From a virus, in IMG/VR virus record IMGVR_UViG_3300034166_000560: DNA of 64,000 nt; one strand, 5' to 3'. The notes beneath the pieces were generated by a model, which worked only from the letters and a program-made list of their open reading frames with translations, did not search any database and had not been told where the DNA came from. The translations under genes and the position numbers were made by a program. Position 1 is the first letter of the stretch. Each line of letters begins with the position of its first letter. Below are positions 28,615 to 38,805 of the stretch, in pieces.

Positions 28615-31098
28615 ATGGCATTTTATACAAACGTTTTTATGAGAGGCAATAAGGTCTATGTTAGAGGATTTGACAAAGGTCTAAGATACAAAGATATTGT
28701 TTCGTATAACCCTTATTTGTTTATTGGTAAAGCAAACGGCAAATATAAGACACTAGACGGTAAGCCCGTAGAGAAACTCGATTTTGATTCTGTTTCAGAA
28801 GCTAGAGATTTTATATCTCGCTACGAACAAGTATCAAATATGGAGATCTACGGGCTTACTGCATTTTTATATCTATACATTTTTGATACGTTTAAGGGCG
28901 ATATCGATTATGATCCAAAACTCGTTAACATTGCAACAATAGATATCGAGTGTGCTGCTGATGAAGGTTTCCCAGATATTCAAAAGGCTGATAAGCCTCT
29001 TACCGCAATTACTTTGCGCAGCCGTAATCGTAATTATGTATTTGGCTGCGGAGAATTTAACAGTGACGACCCAAATACATTTTACACCCAGTGTAAAGAC
29101 GAATACGAACTTGTCCAGCAGTTTCTCAACTGTTGGGAAGGATTAGACATTGATATTGTAACAGGGTGGAACATTGAGTTCTTTGATATTCCGTATATTG
29201 TTAATCGCATTCGCCGTTTATTTAACGATACTGAAGCTCGTCGCCTTTCTCCATGGAGAATTCTCGACGAAAAGATTATCGAATTCCGAGGCAAAGAAAA
29301 TCAGAGTTTTAATCCGGCTGGTATCTCCGTTCTTGATTATTACCAGTTATATCGTAAGTTTATGTTTGGTAATCAAGAATCTTATAAGTTGGATTTTATT
29401 GCGCAAGTTGAATTGGGTGAAAAGAAGATTGATTACTCCGAGTATGGCAACCTTCTGGAGTTATATAAAAGAGACCATCAGAAATTTATTGAGTACAACA
29501 TTCACGACTGTGTTCTGGTTGATCGACTCGATGAGAAGTTAAAGTTCCTAGAACAGACTATGGCTATTTCATATGACGCCAAGGTTAATTACCCTGACGT
29601 TATGACAACTGTTCGACCATGGGATATTATTATCCATAATTATCTTCTTGAGCAGGGAATTGTTATTCCTCCAATGAGAAGAACGAGCGCTGACGGCTCA
29701 TTGATTGGTGGTTTCGTTAAGGAACCAAAACTAGGATTGAGTAAGTGGGTTGTTTCGTTTGACTTGAACAGTCTGTATCCTCATCTTATTATGCAGTATA
29801 ATATCAGCCCAGAAACGTTCGCTGGTAAAGTTGGTATACCATCTATTGAAGGATTGCTTGAAGGAAACTTTAAATACGTTCATGACGATCTTTCTCATGC
29901 AGCTAATGGTTGCACCTATCGTAAGGATAATCAGGGATTCCTTCCTGCTCTTATGGAGAAGATGTATAACGACCGTACCAAGTATAAGAAGTTAATGCTT
30001 GAAGCCAAGCAGCGATATGAGAATAATCCAAACGCTGAAGACGAGAAGTTAGTAGCTCGATACCATAATATGCAGATGGCTAAAAAGATTCAGCTAAACT
30101 CTGCTTACGGCGCATTGGCTAATCAGTTCTTCCGTTGGTTCAGTTATGATCACGCTGAAGCAATTACCATGTCAGGACAGTTATCAATTCGTTGGATCGA
30201 AAAGAAGATGAACCTGTTTATGAATAAGGTTCTTGGTATCAGCGAAGGAAGGCCAATTGATTTTGTTATTGCATCTGATACAGATTCTATCTATGTAGAA
30301 ATGGATGCTTTGGTAGCACACCTAGATACTGATAACGAATTGGATATTGTTGTTGCTATTGATAAGTTCTGCAATCAAAAGATCCAGCCATATCTAGATA
30401 AGTGTTATCAAGAACTAGCAGATATGATGAATGCATATCAGCAGAAAATGCAGATGAAGAGGGAAACAATTGCGAACAAAGGTATTTGGCGTGGCAAGAA
30501 GATGTATATCCTCAACGCTTGGAATGTTGAGGGTGTTCAGTATAATGAACCCAAGCTCAAGCTCCAAGGTATTGAGGCGGTACGTTCGAGCACTCCAAAG
30601 GCGTGTCGAGAAAACATTAAAAAATGTCTCTCGATAATCATGAACGGAACTCAGGAAGAACTTCACGAGTTTATTAAACAGTTCCGTGAAGAGTTTCTGA
30701 CAATGCCATTCCAGGATGTTGCCTTTCCACGTAGCGTTAAAGGATTAGAAAAATATTCTAAGAATAGAACTCTTACATACGATAAGGGAACGCCAATTGG
30801 AGTCAAAGGCGCTCTAATCTTTAATAATCTCTTGAAGAAGCACGACATTAAGAATATTCCTGCCATTCAGAATGGAGATAAGATTCGATTCGCTTATCTG
30901 AAAGTTCCAAATCCAATCCAGGAATCTGTGATTGCAGTTCCAGACGAACTACCGAAGGAACTAGATTTTATTGATAAGTATATCGACAGAGAAACACAAT
31001 TCAATAAATCGTTCTTAGAGCCAGTTGCTTCCATCACAGAAGTAATTAACTGGTCCACAGAACAACATTCAACATTAGAGGATTTTTTCAATGACTGA
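28615..31098 (+). CDS. 43: family B DNA polymerase (T4 gp43)
   Basis: DIE exonuclease motif, DLNSLYP, K...NS.YG, SDTDS; promoter TTGACA-N16-TATAAT at 28531-28558. Confidence 0.97.
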   Translation: MAFYTNVFMRGNKVYVRGFDKGLRYKDIVSYNPYLFIGKANGKYKTLDGKPVEKLDFDSVSEARDFISRYEQVSNMEIYGLTAFLYLYIFDTFKGDIDYDPKLVNIATIDIECAADEGFPDIQKADKPLTAITLRSRNRNYVFGCGEFNSDDPNTFYTQCKDEYELVQQFLNCWEGLDIDIVTGWNIEFFDIPYIVNRIRRLFNDTEARRLSPWRILDEKIIEFRGKENQSFNPAGISVLDYYQLYRKFMFGNQESYKLDFIAQVELGEKKIDYSEYGNLLELYKRDHQKFIEYNIHDCVLVDRLDEKLKFLEQTMAISYDAKVNYPDVMTTVRPWDIIIHNYLLEQGIVIPPMRRTSADGSLIGGFVKEPKLGLSKWVVSFDLNSLYPHLIMQYNISPETFAGKVGIPSIEGLLEGNFKYVHDDLSHAANGCTYRKDNQGFLPALMEKMYNDRTKYKKLMLEAKQRYENNPNAEDEKLVARYHNMQMAKKIQLNSAYGALANQFFRWFSYDHAEAITMSGQLSIRWIEKKMNLFMNKVLGISEGRPIDFVIASDTDSIYVEMDALVAHLDTDNELDIVVAIDKFCNQKIQPYLDKCYQELADMMNAYQQKMQMKRETIANKGIWRGKKMYILNAWNVEGVQYNEPKLKLQGIEAVRSSTPKACRENIKKCLSIIMNGTQEELHEFIKQFREEFLTMPFQDVAFPRSVKGLEKYSKNRTLTYDKGTPIGVKGALIFNNLLKKHDIKNIPAIQNGDKIRFAYLKVPNPIQESVIAVPDELPKELDFIDKYIDRETQFNKSFLEPVASITEVINWSTEQHSTLEDFFND

Positions 31099-31351
31099 GA
31101 CACCAGAGGACGATTTCAATTTCGATTTTGGATTTACTTCTGAAGACGAATTGAAAGCAGGAGAATTAGAATTACAAGATCAGCTAGGATCTACACAAGT
31201 AAAACTAGAAGGTCTACGTAAGATGATTATGCCTCTTCTTACCCAACTAAAAAAGAATCCGGACAAAGATATTATCAAATGGCCCGGAGCAGATCGAGTA
31301 AAACAGATAGATACATTTATTAAAAAGATGGACACTTATATTAAAAGTTGA
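31091..31351 (+). CDS. conserved hypothetical protein
   Basis: FDFGFT; lies between gp43 and uvsX. Confidence 0.7.
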   Translation: MTETPEDDFNFDFGFTSEDELKAGELELQDQLGSTQVKLEGLRKMIMPLLTQLKKNPDKDIIKWPGADRVKQIDTFIKKMDTYIKS

Positions 31352-31402
31352 CTTATACGAACATACATTGTATAGTAATACTACGATTATACGGAGAAAT
31401 AC

Positions 31403-32452
31403 ATGTCATTAAAAGAGAAACTTATTAAAAATTCTACAATTGATTTAACATCAACATTAACAGATAGTAAGATTTACACCAAGAAGGATATGATTCCAAC
31501 TCCAGTGCCGATGATTAACGTTGCACTTGGCGGAATGATTGATGCTGGTATTACTCCTGGCATGACGATGTTGGCTGGTCCTTCGAAGCACTTCAAGACT
31601 GGCTTTGCTCTGTTGTTGGCTTCTGCTTATCTTAAGAAATATCCAGATGGAGTTATTCTATTCTATGATTCTGAATTTGGTACGCCACAGTCTTATTTTA
31701 ATAAGTTTAAGATTCCGTTGGACTCTGTCGTTCACACGCCGATTACTGACGTCGAGGAACTCAAATTCGACATCATGAAGCAGTTGAAGGAACTTGATCG
31801 TAACGACCGAGTATTCATTGTTATTGATTCGATTGGCAATCTTGCTTCCAAGAAGGAAGTTGAAGATGCCATGAACGAAAAGTCAGTTGCTGACATGTCA
31901 CGTGCCAAGCAGCTAAAGTCTCTCTTCCGAATGATCACTCCTCATCTTACTCTGAAGGACATTCCCCTTGTGGCAGTCAATCATACTTACAAAGAAATTG
32001 GTATGTTCCCTAAAGATATTGTTGGTGGTGGTACTGGTGGAGTATACTCTGCGGATAACATTTGGATTCTAGGAAGGCAGCAGGATAAAGATGGCACAGA
32101 GATTCAGGGCTACCATTTTGTCATTAATGTTGAGAAATCCCGTTACGTTCGTGAAAAATCTAAGATACCGATTACCGTTAATTATGAGGGTGGCATTAAT
32201 CGTTGGAGCGGTTTGCTCGATATTGCCCTCGAAGGCGGTTACGTGGCTAAACCAAAGGTGGGTTGGTATGCCAAGGTGGATCGTACGACTGGGGAAGTGG
32301 ATGGAAAGAACTTCCGAGCGAATGATATCGTGGACAGTAAAGAATTTTGGATGACACTATTCCAGGAAACAGACTTTGCTGCATACATCAAGCGCAAGTA
32401 TTCGCTTGACACTGAAGGCAGTTTAGTTTATGATGACGAGGACGAAGAATGA
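31403..32452 (+). CDS. uvsX: RecA-like recombinase
   Basis: AGPSKHFKT, YDSEFG, DSIGNLAS. Confidence 0.95.
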   Translation: MSLKEKLIKNSTIDLTSTLTDSKIYTKKDMIPTPVPMINVALGGMIDAGITPGMTMLAGPSKHFKTGFALLLASAYLKKYPDGVILFYDSEFGTPQSYFNKFKIPLDSVVHTPITDVEELKFDIMKQLKELDRNDRVFIVIDSIGNLASKKEVEDAMNEKSVADMSRAKQLKSLFRMITPHLTLKDIPLVAVNHTYKEIGMFPKDIVGGGTGGVYSADNIWILGRQQDKDGTEIQGYHFVINVEKSRYVREKSKIPITVNYEGGINRWSGLLDIALEGGYVAKPKVGWYAKVDRTTGEVDGKNFRANDIVDSKEFWMTLFQETDFAAYIKRKYSLDTEGSLVYDDEDEE

Positions 32453-32507
32453 AAGTTTATATCGGTTAAAAGATGAAAGTTTATAAATACTCCAAAAGGA
32501 GTATTAA

Positions 32508-32999
32508 ATGGGTAAACACATTCATCATATTATACCAAGATATATGGGAGGTACTAACGATCCTTCAAACCTTATAGAACTTTCGGTCGAAGAACACGCC
32601 GAAGCCCATAAAAAATTATGGGAAGAGAATGGTAACTGGCAAGATCTCATAGCTTGGAAATCTCTTTCTGGACAAATAAGTGGAGATGATCTGAGACGTG
32701 AAATAACAAGATTGACTTGGCTTGGCAGGAACCATTCTCCAGAATCTATTGAAAAGATAAAAAAGGCTCGTTCTAAGCAGATTACTACAGAAGAGACTAG
32801 AAAGAAAATGTCTTTGGCCAGAAAAGGTAAAAAATTAAATTGGGAAACTAATACAACCACCCCAGAGGCTAATGCTAAGAGAAGTGAAACGATGAAAGGT
32901 CGTCCAAAAGAAAAAATACAATGCCCACACTGTAAAAAGGTTGGAGGCAAACCACAAATGATTCAATGGCATTTTGATAATTGTAAGGAAAGAATTTAA
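32508..32999 (+). mobile_element. free-standing HNH homing endonuclease with NUMOD3-like repeats
   Basis: HHIIP...GG.N...NL..L...EH..AH; H.PESIEKIK and EETRKKMS repeats; late promoter at 32482-32489. Confidence 0.85.
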
Positions 33000-33631
33000 T
33001 GCGTGTATATATCGGGCCATACACTACATGGCTAGGACCATACCAGATCGCTGACAAGATTCCTTTTGTCAGCGAGGAAACCAGAGACAAGATTGGCGAA
33101 TGGCTTGCCAATACTTGGGTTGCTGATGTTTGTAGCTGGATTGATAGCAAGAAAGAACGTAAGATAAAGATTCGTATTGACAAGTATGATACTTGGAATA
33201 TGGATAGCACTCTTGCTTTGATTATCGTTCCAATGTTAAAGCAGCTAAGAGAGACCAAGCATGGTGCTCCGATGGTTGACAACGACGACGTTCCAGTGCA
33301 TATGCGTTATGATGATGCTGCTCCTGTCTATAATGAGAACGACGAATACATTTATCCTACAACTCAGTGGTTTATGCATAAGTGGGATTGGGTTCTTAAT
33401 GAAATGATCTGGGCGTTCGAGCAGTATGACACTGACTGGGAACAACAGTATGTCATCCAAAAGGGTGAGATTGATTGGGAAGACTATCCTGAAGACGAAG
33501 GTAAAGATGCTATTCCTCTTCGTTGGAAAAAAGAATGCATAATTAATTTCGAAGGTCGTCAGGCTCATCAAGAACGAATTGCCAATGGCATTAGACTGTT
33601 CGGTAAGTATTATCAAAATCTGTGGGACTGA
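32999..33631 (+). CDS. conserved hypothetical T4-like protein
   Basis: IDKYDTW.MD.TLA, LFGKYYQNLWD. Confidence 0.75.
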   Translation: MRVYIGPYTTWLGPYQIADKIPFVSEETRDKIGEWLANTWVADVCSWIDSKKERKIKIRIDKYDTWNMDSTLALIIVPMLKQLRETKHGAPMVDNDDVPVHMRYDDAAPVYNENDEYIYPTTQWFMHKWDWVLNEMIWAFEQYDTDWEQQYVIQKGEIDWEDYPEDEGKDAIPLRWKKECIINFEGRQAHQERIANGIRLFGKYYQNLWD

Positions 33632-33632
33632 A

Positions 33633-34217
33633 ATGAAAGAACATTTTATCAATCAACTTGACAATTTTATTTGTGGGTGGTATATTGATAAGAATGTTTG
33701 TGGTGATATGATTGAATATCATCGTAATTGTGAACATAAACGTCCTGGAGCTTATGGCAAAAATAAACAAATTGATAAATCTATTAAAGATAGTATCGAT
33801 TGCGTATTAGAAGATAATAATCTCTGTAAAAGATATTATTCTGAATTACAAAATTGCGTTGATTTGTATGTCAAAAAATATCCAGGTTGTAACGTTGGAC
33901 CTGCATGGAGAAATACTGAGAATGCAAATCTTCAGTATTATCCTCCAGGCGGTGGGTATCACGTTTGGCACACTGAAAGATATTCAATGAAACCGCCTAT
34001 CGTTTATCGTCATTTAGTATTTTTGACTTATTTGAATGACGTAAACGATGGTGGCGAAACAGAATTCATGCACCAAAAAATAAAAATAAAACCAGAAACT
34101 GGGTTGACATTAATATGGCCAGTTGATTGGACTTACGTTCATAGAGGTGTTGCTTCTTTGACTGAAGAAAAGTATATTTACACTGGTTGGTTTAATTTTT
34201 ACGAGGAGAACGTATGA
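33633..34217 (+). CDS. Fe(II)/2OG oxygenase (prolyl-hydroxylase-like)
   Basis: WHTE, YLNDV..GGET.F, WP..WT..HRG, KYI.TGW. Confidence 0.88.
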   Translation: MKEHFINQLDNFICGWYIDKNVCGDMIEYHRNCEHKRPGAYGKNKQIDKSIKDSIDCVLEDNNLCKRYYSELQNCVDLYVKKYPGCNVGPAWRNTENANLQYYPPGGGYHVWHTERYSMKPPIVYRHLVFLTYLNDVNDGGETEFMHQKIKIKPETGLTLIWPVDWTYVHRGVASLTEEKYIYTGWFNFYEENV

Positions 34218-35620
34218 GCATTGAGAGAATAATCCTTTCCAATTTAATTCATAATGATAAATATAACAGAAAGGTCATTCCCTTTCTGAAGAGCGATTAT
34301 TTCCAGGATTATTCTGAGCGTGTTGTTTTTGATCTCATCGACGAATATGTAAAGAAATATAACTCTTTCCCTTCTACAGAAGCGTTAGCAATAGACCTGT
34401 CTAATAAAGAAGGACTAAACGATCAGACATTCAAGAACAGCAAGGATATTATTGCGGGACTCGAATCTGATTCTAACACGAAACTAGATTGGCTCTTGGA
34501 TAATACAGAGAAGTTCTGTCAGGATAAAGCGCTTTATCTTGCTATCATGAAGTCGATCAAAATAATGGATGAAAAAGATGGACAAATCTCCAAAGGTTCA
34601 ATCCCAACTATTCTTACCGATGCTCTTGCTGTGTCTTTTGATACCAGCATTGGTCATGATTTTCTGGATGACAGTGATGAACGATTTGAGTTCTACCACC
34701 GTAAAGAGAAAAGAATTCCCTTCGACCTTGACTTCTTTAACGCAATTACAAATGGTGGCTTGCCCGAAAAAACCCTCAACATTGCCTTGGCTGGGACAGG
34801 AGTTGGTAAATCCATGTTCATGTGCCACTGCGCAGCAGGTAATCTCACGAGGGGCCATAACGTACTGTATATCACGCTAGAGATGTCAGAGGAACGCATC
34901 GCTGAACGTATCGATGCGAACCTTCTTGATGTTTCTATCGAAGAACTAGAACTATTACCAAAGCAATCTTATGATGCTAAGATTAATAGACTAAAAGAAA
35001 AATATACTAGTAAGTTAATTGTTAAGGAATATCCAACAGCTGGCGCTGGATCTGCCAATTTCCGTCACCTGTTGAATGAATTGAGAATTAAGAAAAACTT
35101 TGTTCCAGATATTATCTATATTGATTATCTGAATATTTGTATGTCATCGAGGCTAAAGTATGGATCCAACGTCAATTCTTATACCCTTATCAAATCCATC
35201 GCAGAAGAACTCCGTGGGTTGGCCGTTGAGTTCAGCGTCCCTATCGTCAGTGCAACTCAAACAACTCGAAGCGGATATTCGAACAGCGACGTGGGATTGG
35301 AGGATACATCGGAATCCTTTGGACTCCCAGCCACAGCTGATTTTATGTTTGCCCTCATTGGATCAGAGGAACTTGAAAGTCTCAACCAGATCATGGTTAA
35401 GCAACTCAAGAATCGTTATTCCGATCCTAGCACTAATCGTAGGTTTATTGTTGGGATTGACCGTAGCAAAATGCGACTATATGACGTGGATCAATCTGCT
35501 CAAGAAGGACTTGTTGACGATCGTCCAGTAATGGACAAGGGCAAGTTCATGGAGGAAGAGAATGAGCGACACAGACCAAAGACGAAATTCGATAGAAGCA
35601 AGTTTGATGGTTTTAAATGA
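34214..35620 (+). CDS. 41: replicative helicase (T4 gp41)
   Basis: AGTGVGKS, IDYL, SATQ, ESFGLPATAD, QLKNRY. Confidence 0.96.
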   Translation: MSIERIILSNLIHNDKYNRKVIPFLKSDYFQDYSERVVFDLIDEYVKKYNSFPSTEALAIDLSNKEGLNDQTFKNSKDIIAGLESDSNTKLDWLLDNTEKFCQDKALYLAIMKSIKIMDEKDGQISKGSIPTILTDALAVSFDTSIGHDFLDDSDERFEFYHRKEKRIPFDLDFFNAITNGGLPEKTLNIALAGTGVGKSMFMCHCAAGNLTRGHNVLYITLEMSEERIAERIDANLLDVSIEELELLPKQSYDAKINRLKEKYTSKLIVKEYPTAGAGSANFRHLLNELRIKKNFVPDIIYIDYLNICMSSRLKYGSNVNSYTLIKSIAEELRGLAVEFSVPIVSATQTTRSGYSNSDVGLEDTSESFGLPATADFMFALIGSEELESLNQIMVKQLKNRYSDPSTNRRFIVGIDRSKMRLYDVDQSAQEGLVDDRPVMDKGKFMEEENERHRPKTKFDRSKFDGFK

Positions 35621-35813
35621 GTTGCACAAAGAAACTTTACAAGCATTAGCTGAAAGCGAAAAGAAAGAACTCGAGTTTCAGTTAGCTATGGCAGAAGATG
35701 TCTGGTTGAAAGTAAAAGGATATCCTATCCCAGATAGTTATTCCATAAAAGATAGACTAGAAATCTTCGAGAGATATTATCATCGTGCAGTTTCTCAGTC
35801 GCAAGGCGAATGA
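35562..35813 (+). CDS. hypothetical protein (start uncertain)
   Basis: ORF; its C-terminus is duplicated in the next gene. Confidence 0.55.
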   Translation: MSDTDQRRNSIEASLMVLNELHKETLQALAESEKKELEFQLAMAEDVWLKVKGYPIPDSYSIKDRLEIFERYYHRAVSQSQGE

Positions 35814-36557
35814 ATGATAGATACGCAAAATTACACACAAGGTTTGGAAACTATACCTGACAGAACCAAACAAATAATTTGTGTTATGGCAGAAGAATTA
35901 TGGCTAAAAGTGGAAGGTTATCCGATGCCTGATACTTTTAGCGATAAAGAAAAGAGATTATATTATCAAGATAATCATTTAAAGTATTTGCAATCCTTGG
36001 CGAAAACTGCTTCCAATTCTATTCTGTATCATAAAAACTATGACATTACTTTTTTAAAGGCTATGGTTCTACAACTACCAGAGGAATTGTGGTTTTCGGA
36101 TACAGAAAGACAGAAAGCGTATATTGTTCATCGCCAAACTCAAAGTATCATTAATACTGATGTTTCAATTTTTTATAAATCTAATGATCCGTTTGAACCA
36201 AAAGAGTCAAATATACTTCCTCATTATTTAAAAGAATATACTAACGAAATTATAAAAGATTTAGAAAGAACTTTTGATGGAAAGGTTGGTAAATCAAGCT
36301 ACGTTAGATTAAACGCAGGTTGTTTCATTCCAGAACATTCTGATAATTTCGAATATCTTAGAATGGTTCATCGTTTTCATATTCCTATCGTTACTAATCC
36401 AGATGTATTATTTAAAGTTGGAGAAGAAAGCGTGAATATGAAAGAAGGAGAGTGTTACGAAATTGATGTTAGTCTGTTACACTCAGTTTGGAACAACGGC
36501 GACACACCAAGAGTCCATTTGATAGTGGACATTATGCCGAATGAGTTAATAAAATGA
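35814..36557 (+). CDS. Asp/Asn beta-hydroxylase-like 2OG oxygenase
   Basis: I..HSD, HRFHIPI.TN, HSV.N.G..PRVHLIVD. Confidence 0.85.
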   Translation: MIDTQNYTQGLETIPDRTKQIICVMAEELWLKVEGYPMPDTFSDKEKRLYYQDNHLKYLQSLAKTASNSILYHKNYDITFLKAMVLQLPEELWFSDTERQKAYIVHRQTQSIINTDVSIFYKSNDPFEPKESNILPHYLKEYTNEIIKDLERTFDGKVGKSSYVRLNAGCFIPEHSDNFEYLRMVHRFHIPIVTNPDVLFKVGEESVNMKEGECYEIDVSLLHSVWNNGDTPRVHLIVDIMPNELIK

Positions 36558-36736
36558 TTCCTAATTGGGTAAGAATATTGGTACCTGCAGTATTGTTTGC
36601 AGGTTTATTCAGAGTCATTTTGGCTCATTTCGTTCCGTTGTTTTTTTATGAATAACCCTATCGCAGTAGCTGCAGTGAAAGCAGCAATCATAGCAAATAT
36701 ATTTTATGTTCTCTTGAAAGCAGCAGTGGAGTATAG

Positions 36737-36937
36737 ATGGTAATATGTTCTTGTAACGTCGTAACGACTGAAGATATTCGAGCGGTGCTGACATATGCGA
36801 CAGCAGCGAACGAAAGACAGGTTCTCAATATGCTTGGTTGGGAATCCGATTGTGCAGTCTGCGCCAATAATCTGGTGACAGAAATTCGTAAGGTGATGAA
36901 GGAGTTTGAACATGGCGATGAATTACAAGGTTGTTGA
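36737..36937 (+). CDS. Bfd-like [2Fe-2S] ferredoxin
   Basis: M.ICSCN.V...DI and C..C. Confidence 0.75.
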   Translation: MVICSCNVVTTEDIRAVLTYATAANERQVLNMLGWESDCAVCANNLVTEIRKVMKEFEHGDELQGC

Positions 36938-37124
36938 GATTGGTGGTTCTTATTGCGTCGAGGAAAAGACCACAGGATATATCATCGAGGCATATAATAC
37001 CCCAGAAGAAGCCAAGAAAAAGATGAAATTTTTGAATTTAGGCGGTGGATTTGATGGTTTTACACCCTCTTTTGTGCTTAGTGAGAATACCAAAAACCTA
37101 AATAAAAGCAGCAAAAATATGTAG
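36906..37124 (+). CDS. hypothetical protein
   Basis: LNLGGGFDGFTP motif. Confidence 0.65.
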   Translation: MNMAMNYKVVEIGGSYCVEEKTTGYIIEAYNTPEEAKKKMKFLNLGGGFDGFTPSFVLSENTKNLNKSSKNM

Positions 37125-37255
37125 GACGCCTTGAGCGTCAGCGGCACGAGCCACAATAGAAGGGCCACGGAATAGTCGGGAGTAAATGGTGGGGTTCCAC
37201 CCGACCGTATTTTTGTTAGAATTTATCGGGGCGAGTCGAAAGGCTCGCCCTTTTG
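37121..37255 (+). ncRNA. candidate structured ncRNA ending in a terminator
   Basis: GC-rich intergenic stretch; stems GACGC/GCGTC, GTCGGG/CCCGAC, GGGCGAGTC-GAAA-GGCTCGCCC-TTTT. Confidence 0.4.
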
Positions 37256-37332
37256 TCTTTTAAATAAATGCTTGACATAAGGCTCCCCATTCCGTAAGAT
37301 AAATATCTTAAAACTTAACTCTGGGGATAATA

Positions 37333-38805
37333 ATGTTTACATTCTCGCAATATTTGACAGAAAGAAAAGATCTCGGTGGCCTTTCTACAAACGAGGCAGG
37401 CAAATTACACGAGGTTCTTCTTGGCGGTCTAGTTCATCATTACGCTCAAGAATATCAGAAGAATAAAAATTTCGGACATAAAAAAGCTCATGAGCTTGCA
37501 ATGGCCGCCATCAGTAACCCCAAAAAGGTTAGAGGTGGGCATATGTATAACATCAACCATATGCCTCAGTTTAAGAATATTGATAACAAGTCTGCTAAAC
37601 AATTGCATGACGAATTCGGGGCTAAACTCTCACCAGAAAATTATCATGAAAGCTATCTACATGCGCTTCACGGCGCATCAGCTTTGATAGATCATCTTCA
37701 TAATAATGGCATCAAAGATATTAAAGGCGCACACTTTACCGCCAATAAAAACGACATCAACAGATTGCCTGGTTATGAAACCATTTCTGACGAAAAGAAT
37801 AATTCAGACATCGTTGTTGAACATGGTCACAAAGGAAAATATTTCGGCGTTAGTTTAAAATCTGGTAAAGAGTCTAAACTAAACAATCCTGGTATGGGAA
37901 CTGTTAGAGATCTTATTGACCAGTATCATCAAAAGATAACAGGTAAAAAAGGAACATTTAGTTCTGATGCCTCGAAAGCAGAAGCTGCAGCCAAACAAGC
38001 TCACCTAGACATTCTTAACAAGAATAAGTCATTCTTGAATAAGCATTTTGGTGAAAATGGTATAACATTGGCTGGCGGATTAAAGAAAAACAAAGACGGT
38101 AATCTAGAATTAAACAAAGAAGCATTTAGATATCTCGAAAAAGCCGAGCCAACAAAAGACGACAAATATGGTCATATGTATTCTGATGCTAAAACAAGAA
38201 AGCAGTTTCAAGATATATATGCAAATCTGAGAGATTCTAGAACAGAGACAGCCAAAAGAGCCACAAACGCTTCTATGTCAAAACACATTCAGAATATTAT
38301 GGCTCAACAAAAAGATCCTTCTAAACATGAAATGATTAGAGAATTTATGAAAAAATTCTATAACATTGGCAGACAAGAAGGACAAATGCCAGTTGTTAGA
38401 TTGAATACTGCTAAAAATACAGCGGGCGCTGTTAAGAAAGGAGCTCCAGAAAGAGTTTCTACAGTATCAGATGCAGAGTCTGATTTTGACAAGGGATTCA
38501 ATTCTTCGATTGGTAACTATAAAGTTACTAGTAATCCAGGAACTATCAACACTACCATAACTTCGCCATCAGGTCATAACGCTAGTTTGGTAGTTGATTC
38601 TTCGCCAGCTGGTGGTGGTAGTATGGTAAACAGGGCGGGAGTTCACGTTTGGGATAAATCAGTCCATGGTGAAGAACCAGCCCCTGCACCTGCTCCAACA
38701 AAAAGAACCAAAGCAGTAAGCACTAGAGTTGCACCAAACGGGTTTCCAGAGCATATGCACCAAGCGCATAAAGATACAACATACATGGGACACCAAGACA
38801 TATGA
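37333..38805 (+). CDS. hypothetical protein, possible PD-(D/E)xK nuclease
   Basis: G.LHE...SDIVV...GVSLK; CTS-like N-terminus. Confidence 0.5.
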   Translation: MFTFSQYLTERKDLGGLSTNEAGKLHEVLLGGLVHHYAQEYQKNKNFGHKKAHELAMAAISNPKKVRGGHMYNINHMPQFKNIDNKSAKQLHDEFGAKLSPENYHESYLHALHGASALIDHLHNNGIKDIKGAHFTANKNDINRLPGYETISDEKNNSDIVVEHGHKGKYFGVSLKSGKESKLNNPGMGTVRDLIDQYHQKITGKKGTFSSDASKAEAAAKQAHLDILNKNKSFLNKHFGENGITLAGGLKKNKDGNLELNKEAFRYLEKAEPTKDDKYGHMYSDAKTRKQFQDIYANLRDSRTETAKRATNASMSKHIQNIMAQQKDPSKHEMIREFMKKFYNIGRQEGQMPVVRLNTAKNTAGAVKKGAPERVSTVSDAESDFDKGFNSSIGNYKVTSNPGTINTTITSPSGHNASLVVDSSPAGGGSMVNRAGVHVWDKSVHGEEPAPAPAPTKRTKAVSTRVAPNGFPEHMHQAHKDTTYMGHQDI

